Origin: Candidatus Falkowbacteria bacterium
GTDB lineage: Bacteria > Patescibacteriota > Patescibacteriia > UBA11705 > JACRDX01
DNA length: 31,133 nt
Assembly (NCBI GenBank): GCA_016212745.1
Contig: JACRDX010000020.1
Span: forward strand, 1-31,133
Direction of reading: 5' to 3'
Both the position numbers and the translations under genes were made by a program. This document shows positions 16,529-23,716 of the stretch, one piece after another. The notes under the pieces are model-generated. The model had not been told where the DNA came from. It did no database searches and saw only the letters and a list, made by a program, of their open reading frames with translations. Each line of letters begins with the position of its first letter. Position 1 is the stretch's first letter.

Positions 16529-17422
16529 ATGTCCAAAATACTGGGTCTTGGTAGGGGGCTTGGTTCGTTGATTCCAACAAAAGTGGCCAAGGAGGCAGTT
16601 CGTGAAGAAAATAAAGACGTGGCATTCACGTCAGATGTTTTTGGCGCGCAACAAATTCCAGTTGATTTAATTGAACCAAATCCTTTTCAGCCGCGGCAGG
16701 AGTTTGACCACGAAGGTTTGGATGATTTGATTGAATCAATAAAACAGTATGGAATAATTCAGCCGCTTATTTTGAGTAGAGAAGGCGGGCGCTTTCAGCT
16801 GATTGTTGGCGAGCGCAGATGGCGCGCTGCAAAAATTGCGGGATTGAAAACTGTGCCAGCAATTATTCGCGATGCCAGCATGCAGGAAAAGCTGGAATTG
16901 GCATTGATTGAAAACATTCAGCGCAAGGATTTGAATGCCATTGAACGCGCTTTGGCATATCGCAGATTGATTGATGAATTTAATTTAACGCAAGAGCAGG
17001 CGGCAAAACGGCTTGGCAAATGTCGGCCGGCCATAACGCAGACATTGTCATTTTTAAATTTGCCAGAAGTTATGCAGAGAGCTTTAGCAGAAGAAAAAAT
17101 CAGCGAGGGCCATGCGAAAGTTCTATGTGGAATAAAAGATATAGTTGAACAGCAGGAACTTTTTAAGAAAATTTTGCAATATCATTTTTCGGTGCGCGAT
17201 ACGGAAAACGAAAGTAGCACGAGAAATCGCAGAAAACCGCGCGAATCCTATGGGCTGGACACGGAAATGCGGCGGTGGCAGGAAGATTTGCAATCAGCAT
17301 TGTCAACGCGTGTGACAATAAAAAACAAAGGCGGCGAAGGCGAACTAGCAATTAAATTTTTTTCCAAAGAAGAGCTTGAAAACATAACAAAGAAAATTTT
17401 GGCGGCGAATAAAAATGGATAA
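16529..17422 (+). CDS. parB: Chromosome partitioning protein ParB/Spo0J
   Basis: GLGRGLGSLIP, PNPFQPR, IVGERRWRA, ALIENIQRKDL, ISEGHAKVL. Confidence 0.96.
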   Translation: MSKILGLGRGLGSLIPTKVAKEAVREENKDVAFTSDVFGAQQIPVDLIEPNPFQPRQEFDHEGLDDLIESIKQYGIIQPLILSREGGRFQLIVGERRWRAAKIAGLKTVPAIIRDASMQEKLELALIENIQRKDLNAIERALAYRRLIDEFNLTQEQAAKRLGKCRPAITQTLSFLNLPEVMQRALAEEKISEGHAKVLCGIKDIVEQQELFKKILQYHFSVRDTENESSTRNRRKPRESYGLDTEMRRWQEDLQSALSTRVTIKNKGGEGELAIKFFSKEELENITKKILAANKNG

Positions 17423-17442
17423 TATCGGAGGGCGCGGAGTTT

Positions 17443-18024
17443 ATGAAAAAAGTAATGATTTTGTTAATTAGCATTGCGATAGTTTTTTGTTTTAGCGGGT
17501 GCGCGAAAAAAGCAGATTTTAATTTTTATAATTTTGAAATGAGCAAGTCCGAAATCGCAAAGGCAGTAAAAGGTTGGGATATTTATACAAATGGAACGTG
17601 GAGATTTGAAATGCGATTCCCGACCGATTGGAATGTCAAAAAAGTTGATGAATGGAGCAAGGAAGTTTATTTTATACCCAAAGACAAGCAGGCGGAGTTT
17701 AACGTTGGAAATTATAAAGGCGTGATTTATATCAAGGGCGTGATGAATTTTCAGACAAAGTATGATTTGGCAAAATATATGGACAGCGTTGGCCGCAAAG
17801 AGATTTTGGGCGGAACATACCAGCAATTGCAGGTGAAGGTCGGCGGGCAGGATGCGATTTTGATAAAAAATGCGGAGGAGTTTTATAGCGTTTGGGCTGA
17901 TGAATTGTTGATAAATTTAGGTGACAGAATTTTGGACATTTTTATCTACGACAAAACGCCGGATGTTCTTGCGGCGTTAAACAGCATGACTTTTTATGGT
18001 GATGTTGTTAAAGATATAGAATGA
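17443..18024 (+). CDS. Putative lipoprotein
   Basis: Lipobox FSGC after a hydrophobic leader; W.IYTN...FEMRFP..W segment; GGAG before the ATG. Confidence 0.75.
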   Translation: MKKVMILLISIAIVFCFSGCAKKADFNFYNFEMSKSEIAKAVKGWDIYTNGTWRFEMRFPTDWNVKKVDEWSKEVYFIPKDKQAEFNVGNYKGVIYIKGVMNFQTKYDLAKYMDSVGRKEILGGTYQQLQVKVGGQDAILIKNAEEFYSVWADELLINLGDRILDIFIYDKTPDVLAALNSMTFYGDVVKDIE

Positions 18025-18051
18025 GATTGCTTCGCCGAGCCTCGCAATGAC
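18023..18051. repeat. REP-like short element at the lipoprotein stop codon
   Basis: gagattgcttcgccgagcctcgcaatgac, with attgc/gcaat arms; contains cttcgccgag, the reverse complement of the core nested at 5377-5386. Confidence 0.5.
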
Positions 18052-18064
18052 AAGGTGAAAGAGT

Positions 18065-18102
18065 AAAAAAAGCGCCCCCCACGAAGTTTCGTGGGGGGCT
18101 TT
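18065..18102 (-). terminator. Intrinsic terminator of the SPFH operon (possibly bidirectional)
   Basis: aaaaaaa-gc-g-ccccccacgaa-gt-ttcgtgggggg-c-ttt. Confidence 0.85.
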
Positions 18103-18108
18103 GCGTTG

Positions 18109-18783
18109 TCATCGGAATGTTTGCCCTGTGATTTTGCAGCCGACATCGCCTTTGGTCTCAGGCCACCCGTCCCGAGACATTGTCCAGTAAAAATCTTTTT
18201 CCTTGACAGGGAACCACTGGACAAGTTCCTTGCCGCCCACCTTCTCTTTTTCTGCCCACTCCGCATTCATGATGCGGAGCTTCCACTCGCCGCACTCGGC
18301 TGTGGCGGTGAAGTGGAGAACGGTGCCCGCCGGGTAGATCGGGTCACCGTTGGCAGATGTTCCCAGCGGTTGCACCGGCGGCGTGGGCTGCGGAGCAGTC
18401 GGAGCCGGCAGGCGTGTGGATGCCTGCGCTTCCACTGTTTTGTGCAGCCGCGCGAGTTCAGCGCTCACGCCGCTGCCGCACTCCTGCGCCAGCCCGATCG
18501 CCGCGAAGACCAGCCCCCCGAAGAGCACCAGTGACACGAGTCCGCCGATGTTTTCAAAGATCTGGACCACGCGGTCTGGCTGCCGACCTCCACGCGCTGC
18601 CGGCTGCCCCGGCTGGTTTGCTCCCTGTCCAGCAGGTGCAGGTTGCCTGCGGTTGGAAAACACTACGATCACGACTACCACCGCTATGGCAGTCGCAATC
18701 CCGAAACCCCACCAGCCCCAAATGGCGCTGGCGAGAATTACGGCGCCTATTGCCGCCAAAATTACTGCTACTACGTTCCGCAT
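18109..18783 (-). CDS. Hypothetical membrane protein (about 3 TM, Pro/Gln linkers, C-terminal soluble domain)
   Basis: Hydrophobic stretches at the N-terminus and around aa 78-98; gagga before the ATG; 20 bp downstream of the SPFH gene. Confidence 0.75.
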   Translation of the reverse strand: MRNVVAVILAAIGAVILASAIWGWWGFGIATAIAVVVVIVVFSNRRQPAPAGQGANQPGQPAARGGRQPDRVVQIFENIGGLVSLVLFGGLVFAAIGLAQECGSGVSAELARLHKTVEAQASTRLPAPTAPQPTPPVQPLGTSANGDPIYPAGTVLHFTATAECGEWKLRIMNAEWAEKEKVGGKELVQWFPVKEKDFYWTMSRDGWPETKGDVGCKITGQTFR

Positions 18784-18803
18784 GTTCTTCCTCGCGTTGG
18801 TTG

Positions 18804-19670
18804 TTAATCCGTCTTTTTCCCTTTGCTGCCACCCTTGCCGAGCGCTTCACCGATTGCTCTCGCGATCTCAACGCCCGATGCGCCAACGGCCGCTTGCCAG
18901 TCTTTGCCTTCCAGTGCCTTGGCGCGAGCTTCGAGCGCCGCGGTTTTGACTGCCTCAACTTGCCGCAGTCTTTCCGCCTCTCCCGCGGCGACGGTTCTGT
19001 GATACTCACCGTCAGCCTCTCCGCGAGCCGCCTCGGTAGCTTTGCGTTCCTGCTCCTTCTTTCTCTCGGCCGCTTGCGCTTTTGCCTCCAGCTGCGCTTT
19101 TTTCGGGGCTTGCAGTCCAGCCTCGATCGAAGGATCTTCGAACCTGTAGTTTTCCAAGTTGAATGATACGATCGTTACTCCGAATTTGTCCATTGCCTCT
19201 GTCGTGAAGGCAGTTGTTGTTTCCTCGTCCAAGGTGCTCATGATGTTGCCCCGTTTTTTGTTGAGCGACACGTGGACGCGGAACACCTTGAGCAAGACTT
19301 CTCGCAGCAACTGCTGCAGTTTCTTGCTCACGCCGTCTGCGCCAGCCTCCTGCTCTGCAAGCAGGTATAGTTTGGCGGTATCAGAGGACGTGCTGCTCGC
19401 GAACTTCCATTCAAACGAACAGTCCACTGTCACCGGAATATTGTCGCTGGTAAAGATACTCTTTTGCTGGATGTTGTCCACGAGCATGACCTTCTCCTCC
19501 CTTTCCTCCGCGTCCTCCATCCCAGGCCACACCCAGTTGAACCCAGACGGAGCCAACCGATTAAACTCGCCCCACTTCCGAATCACCAGAAAGCGGGGGA
19601 AGCGGGGGAATTTCGCCCCCAGACTCGTTATGGCCATACCCAGAAACAGAATGCCAAGGATGTACAGCAT
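18804..19670 (-). CDS. SPFH/band 7 (stomatin/prohibitin-like) domain protein
   Basis: N-terminal TM, VIRKWGEFNR-LAPSGFNWVWP, TSDNIPVTVD, FGVTIVSFNLENY, Ala/Glu-rich coiled coil; SD ggagg. Confidence 0.85.
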   Translation of the reverse strand: MLYILGILFLGMAITSLGAKFPRFPRFLVIRKWGEFNRLAPSGFNWVWPGMEDAEEREEKVMLVDNIQQKSIFTSDNIPVTVDCSFEWKFASSTSSDTAKLYLLAEQEAGADGVSKKLQQLLREVLLKVFRVHVSLNKKRGNIMSTLDEETTTAFTTEAMDKFGVTIVSFNLENYRFEDPSIEAGLQAPKKAQLEAKAQAAERKKEQERKATEAARGEADGEYHRTVAAGEAERLRQVEAVKTAALEARAKALEGKDWQAAVGASGVEIARAIGEALGKGGSKGKKTD

Positions 19671-19747
19671 GATAGCCTCCTATTTCTATTTTGCGTTATT
19701 GTCAACGTTCACATCCCTCGTCAAATTACGAAGGATTTTACATAAAC

Positions 19748-19776
19748 ATTATAGCATATTTTGAAAAAATAGTCAA
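19748..19776 (-). promoter_or_regulatory. sigma70 promoter of the SPFH operon
   Basis: Minus strand TTGACT-17 bp-TATAAT with TGn. Confidence 0.8.
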
Positions 19777-19821
19777 TCGGGCGATGTTGATTCTGTGGTA
19801 AATTTAGCTAGGCGCAAGCAC

Positions 19822-19848
19822 AAAAAGCGCCCTGTCGAATGACAGGGC
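19822..19848 (-). terminator. Intrinsic terminator after the pilin gene
   Basis: aaaaa-gc-gccctgtc-gaat-gacagggc. Confidence 0.75.
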
Positions 19849-19869
19849 TTCAATAAAATTGTTTGTTGG

Positions 19870-20331
19870 TTATTTCGCGGCAACGGTTGTTAAACTATTT
19901 AGAATAAACGAGACTAAAACATAGGCAGAAAAGATAACGACAAGCCCGATTGCCGCCCATTTCATTGCGTTTGTTCCTTTCTGAACTTTTGTATCTGAAC
20001 CAGCAGAGGTTAGCCAGAGAAATCCGCCATAGATAAATATAACCAATGCCGCAGCGCCAGTGACGCCTAAAATCGCGCGGATTATTCTGTTGATTAAAAT
20101 ATTTGGGTCAGTTATCCCAAGAAAATTTGGTAATTCGTAGGTTGATCCGCTGTCAGCAGGTGTTCCGCCAGGACTAGCCCCTGGTGTTCCGCCTGGTCCA
20201 ATTCCCGGCGTTCCGCCGGGGCCAACGCCAGGAGTTCCGCCAGGATCAGCCGCGTCTTGGGCGTAGATGAATTGTTGCGCGGGTGCGAATATTATCAATA
20301 TCAACGCAATGGCAAACAAAATCTTTTTCAT
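19870..20331 (-). CDS. CPR-type TrbC/VirB2-like pilin with a Gly/Pro/Thr repeat linker
   Basis: Signal ending AQ-D; 4x PGGTP repeat; I..II..ILG..G..AL..FIYGGF.WLTSAG.D.KVQKG...W AAIGL.VIF.AY.LV.FI pattern. Confidence 0.8.
   Translation of the reverse strand: MKKILFAIALILIIFAPAQQFIYAQDAADPGGTPGVGPGGTPGIGPGGTPGASPGGTPADSGSTYELPNFLGITDPNILINRIIRAILGVTGAAALVIFIYGGFLWLTSAGSDTKVQKGTNAMKWAAIGLVVIFSAYVLVSFILNSLTTVAAK
20159..20245. repeat. 24-bp period coding tandem repeat (4 units)
   Basis: ggNgttccgccNgg at 20159, 20183, 20207 and 20231. Confidence 0.85.
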
Positions 20332-20335
20332 ATTT

Positions 20336-21796
20336 TTATTTTGATAGTGGCAGGAATCTTTTCCAGCCGGTTTTTTTTGTGTAATTTAAAATGTGATGCC
20401 TTGCCGTTGAAGTTTTTACAAAACTCAGCCATTTCGCGCTCGGCCCTTTTCTGTTTTTATCAAGAATAATTTTTACGATATCGCCATTTCTTAGTTTAAA
20501 ATCAAGCGGCGCGATTTCATTGTTTATAAGCACTTGCCCGCATTTGTCGCCAAGCCCTGTGTGAATGTGATAAGCAAAATCAATCGGAGTTGCGCCATCT
20601 GGCAAATCTATGACATCGCCATTTGGCGTGAATACGAAAATGCGGTTTTGAAATATGTCAATTTTAATTTTTTCTAGAAAATTTTTGTCCTGCTGACTTT
20701 TCATCCATTTCACAAGGTCTTCAATCCACACGATTTTTTTATCGCTTGTTGGAACGGTTTCTTTGTATTTCCAATGGCTGGCAATACCCAATTCTGCTTG
20801 CTCATCCATTTCCATCGTGCGGATTTGAAATTCTATGATTTCGCCGTTTTCTCCAAAAACGGTTGTGTGCAGAGATTGATAGCCATTAGGTTTTGGCTGA
20901 GCAATATAGTCCTTGATTCTGCCTTTTACAGGTTTCCAAAGTGCGTGAATAATTCCAACGACAGCATAGCAAGCTGAAATATCGTCCACAATTATTCGCG
21001 CGGCAATGATATCATATATTTGGTTGATATTTTTGTCATACTTTAAAAGTTTGCGATATAAACTGTAATATCTTTTTTTCCGACCAAATATGTTTTTGAT
21101 TTTTATGTTTTCTTTTTTCAGTGCTTTTTGCGCCAGTTCAAGCATTCTGTCCAATGTCTGCTCTTTTTTCGGCGCGCGTTGTTTGAATAATTGGTCCACC
21201 CATTGATATTGTTCTGCATAGGCATATTTGAACGCGGCATCTTCTAATCTGCCTTGCAAATCTCCCATGCCAAGTCTGTTCGCGATTGGCGCGTATATTT
21301 CCAAAGTCTCCAAGGCGATTCTTTTTTGTTTGTTTGCTGGCAGTACGAACAATGTCTGTAAATTATCCAGCCTGTCAGCGAATTTTATGATGATAACGCG
21401 GACATCATCTGCCATTGCCACGAACATTTTGCGCAAATTTTCCACATAGCGATTTATGCCGCGATATTTTACATGACCGACCTTGGTGATGCCCTCTACC
21501 ATGTCAGCGATATCAGCGCCAAATTCCTTTTTTATATCATTGAGCGTGAATTTTGTTTCTTCTGGGACGTCGTGTAAAAGGCCCGCCATTATAATTGGCA
21601 GCGGCAGTTTTGATTCGGCCAAAATTTCCGCAGTGCCAAGCGGATGTTGAATGTATTCTGTGCCAGATGCTCTTTTCTGGTTTTGGTGCGCCAATTCAGC
21701 AAAAGCATAAGCGCGCTCAACTTCGTTCAATTGGGCTTGCGGCGCATTAGGATAGTTGGTCGTGATAATTGATAATAGTTTTGTGAGTGAGTGCAT
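20336..21796 (-). CDS. rel: RelA/SpoT homologue: HD + synthetase + TGS, no ZFD/ACT; hydrolase motifs present
   Basis: RASGTEYIQHP, GLLHDVPEE, IKFADRLDNL, RIKDYIAQPKPNGYQSLHT, EFQIRT, TGS FTPNGDVIDLPDGATPIDFAY; ATG at 21796. Confidence 0.92.
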   Translation of the reverse strand: MHSLTKLLSIITTNYPNAPQAQLNEVERAYAFAELAHQNQKRASGTEYIQHPLGTAEILAESKLPLPIIMAGLLHDVPEETKFTLNDIKKEFGADIADMVEGITKVGHVKYRGINRYVENLRKMFVAMADDVRVIIIKFADRLDNLQTLFVLPANKQKRIALETLEIYAPIANRLGMGDLQGRLEDAAFKYAYAEQYQWVDQLFKQRAPKKEQTLDRMLELAQKALKKENIKIKNIFGRKKRYYSLYRKLLKYDKNINQIYDIIAARIIVDDISACYAVVGIIHALWKPVKGRIKDYIAQPKPNGYQSLHTTVFGENGEIIEFQIRTMEMDEQAELGIASHWKYKETVPTSDKKIVWIEDLVKWMKSQQDKNFLEKIKIDIFQNRIFVFTPNGDVIDLPDGATPIDFAYHIHTGLGDKCGQVLINNEIAPLDFKLRNGDIVKIILDKNRKGPSAKWLSFVKTSTARHHILNYTKKTGWKRFLPLSK

Positions 21797-21811
21797 GTGA
21801 TAATTATACAA

Positions 21812-23452
21812 TTACGTTGATTGATTTTCAATAAATTTTTCAATCTGCTTGCGCGCAAATGGTGTTTTTGCAAAATTTAGCCATTCTGGTTTTGGACCGA
21901 TTTGTTTTTCGTCAATAACAATTTCAATAACATCGCCGGTATTGATTTTCATGTTTAGTGGAACAGGAACACCGTTTAGTTTTGCGCTTGACATTTTGTT
22001 TCCCAGCTCGGTGTGGACAGCATAGGCAAAATCAACTGGCGTCGCGCCTTCTGGAAGGTCAATGATATCTCCCTTTGGAGTGTATGTGTAAATTTTTTTT
22101 ATTAATAATTTGGTACTTACGTTTTCTAAAAATTCTTCTGGCGTGGCGTAATATTGTTGTTGGTCAATCAGTTCGCGAATCCATAGCGGGGTTTTTTCTG
22201 GCTGATTTTTGTAGTACCAATGGGACGCTATTCCGTATTTTGCTTCCTCGTCCATTTCTCTGGTGCGGATTTGAAATTCTGTCATGCGGCTATTCAATCC
22301 AAATACGACTGTGTGTAGCGCGCGGTATCCGTTTTCTTTGGGCGTTGAGATATAATCTTTGAATCTGCGATTTTTGGGTTTCCAAATTCCGTGGATAATG
22401 CCCAAAACGCGATAGCACTCGTCAACGTTGTTTACAATAATACGCAAAGCAAAAACATCGCAGATTTCATCAAATGGTTTATTTTTATTTTTCATTTTGA
22501 GGTGAATGCTGTAAAAATGCTTGAAGCGGCCGTTTATTTCTGCGGTTATGCCAAGAGCGCGGCATGCTTTTTGAACAATTTGGGCTGTTTTGTAGATGTA
22601 TTTTTCTCTGTTTTTGCGTTCGTCAACATTAAAGTGTTTTTCTATTTTCGCGTATTCTTGCGGCATCAGATATTTGAAAGCATAGTCTTCCAGCTGCCAG
22701 CGCAAGCGCCAGATACCGAGCAGGTCAGCAATGTGCGCGAAAACATCAAGAGCTTCTTTTGCCGCTTCTTCACGTTTGTGCTGCGGAATGGCGTCTATGT
22801 TTTTGACAATATCAAGAAGCGAGCACAGTTTTATTAAAATTACGCGCGGGTCTTTGGCAAACGCTATCAACATTTGGCGCAAATCTTCTACATGGCGGGC
22901 CGTTTTCAGTGGTTTGAGGTTGGAAATTTTTTGATAATTTTCCAGCATTTCTGCAATTTCCTGTCCAAATTCCTGTTTGATTGTCACGACGTTCGCGACG
23001 TTATAGATTGGTGATAGCAAATTATGTAAAAAGCCAGCTGCCACGACTTGCACCGTTAGTTTCATTTCTGCCAGATAGTAGGCCGTGGCTGAGAAATGGC
23101 GAAAATCTAAGTTGTGGTCAGCTGCCATTTTTTTAGCGAAACAATGGGCTTTTGTCAACAAATAAATGTCCGCAGCGCACGCGTGTTTTATTTTGTTTAA
23201 TGCGTCAGGCGCAGTTTCAGCGAAATTAAAAAGAAGTCCGGCTGCTATGATTTCTGGGCGAGGATCAATTTCTATTAACGCGCTTGCGATGTTTAATGTT
23301 TCGGAGAGGATGCGTTTTCTGTCGCGCACAGGCAATTCTTTTAGCTGTTTTTTGAGAAAAGAATAAGACGCTTCAATGCTTTTATCATTAAAATCGGGCC
23401 GTTTTTCTTTAATGCCGTTTAGTAGCTCTTTTATTTTGCTTGATTCAAACAT
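21812..23452 (-). CDS. RelA/SpoT homologue with degenerate, partly duplicated HD domain + synthetase + TGS
   Basis: HD replaced by AAGLLFN and AAGFLHN; RFKDYISTPKENGYRALHT, EFQIRT; TGS YTPKGDIIDLPEGATPVDFAY; probable start 23452 (MFESSK). Confidence 0.9.
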   Translation of the reverse strand: MFESSKIKELLNGIKEKRPDFNDKSIEASYSFLKKQLKELPVRDRKRILSETLNIASALIEIDPRPEIIAAGLLFNFAETAPDALNKIKHACAADIYLLTKAHCFAKKMAADHNLDFRHFSATAYYLAEMKLTVQVVAAGFLHNLLSPIYNVANVVTIKQEFGQEIAEMLENYQKISNLKPLKTARHVEDLRQMLIAFAKDPRVILIKLCSLLDIVKNIDAIPQHKREEAAKEALDVFAHIADLLGIWRLRWQLEDYAFKYLMPQEYAKIEKHFNVDERKNREKYIYKTAQIVQKACRALGITAEINGRFKHFYSIHLKMKNKNKPFDEICDVFALRIIVNNVDECYRVLGIIHGIWKPKNRRFKDYISTPKENGYRALHTVVFGLNSRMTEFQIRTREMDEEAKYGIASHWYYKNQPEKTPLWIRELIDQQQYYATPEEFLENVSTKLLIKKIYTYTPKGDIIDLPEGATPVDFAYAVHTELGNKMSSAKLNGVPVPLNMKINTGDVIEIVIDEKQIGPKPEWLNFAKTPFARKQIEKFIENQST

Positions 23453-23502
23453 AGTATCTATTTTTAATTTACAGGTTTTTTGCGTGAAAAGCAAGGCCGC
23501 GT

Positions 23503-23531
23503 TTGACATTTTAAAAACAGTAGCGTATAAT
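23503..23531 (+). promoter_or_regulatory. Perfect consensus sigma70 promoter with no downstream plus-strand gene
   Basis: TTGACA-17 bp-TATAAT. Confidence 0.8.
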
Positions 23532-23536
23532 GACAA

Positions 23537-23618
23537 TGTTGGTAATAGGGCGAAAGCCCGAGTAACACAGAGGAGACCGCTGGCTTATGTCGCGGTCTCT
23601 TTCTGTTATATCAAAAAA
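23537..23618 (+). ncRNA. Candidate small RNA
   Basis: Lies directly after the consensus promoter; hairpins gggc-gaaa-gccc and acagaggagaccgc/gcggtctctttctgt. Confidence 0.4.
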
Positions 23619-23716
23619 GCAGCTGCCGCGGATTGACCCAAATAACACTGTTGGTAATAGGGTATCACGCGGCAACCGCACTTGTAGTATATCAAAGAAT
23701 TTTCAATTTTCAAGTT

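Noticed and set aside
15600-17450. parS site near parAB
   Set aside because: No match to the canonical TGTTNCACGTGAAACA palindrome was seen by eye.
18091-19764. Long plus-strand ORFs (18091, 18350, 18357, 18554, 19159) overlapping the SPFH unit
   Set aside because: Shadow ORFs of GC-rich minus-strand genes; promoter, SD and terminator all support the minus strand.
20336-23452. Toxic small alarmone synthetase toxin-antitoxin pair
   Set aside because: Both proteins are multidomain (HD, SYNTH, TGS) long-type RSHs, not single-domain SAS/SAH.
23533-23662. Two 14-18 nt repeats as a mini-CRISPR or a known riboswitch (c-di-GMP, ppGpp, T-box)
   Set aside because: The repeats are too short and 112 bp apart, and I could not match the conserved cores of those riboswitch classes by eye.
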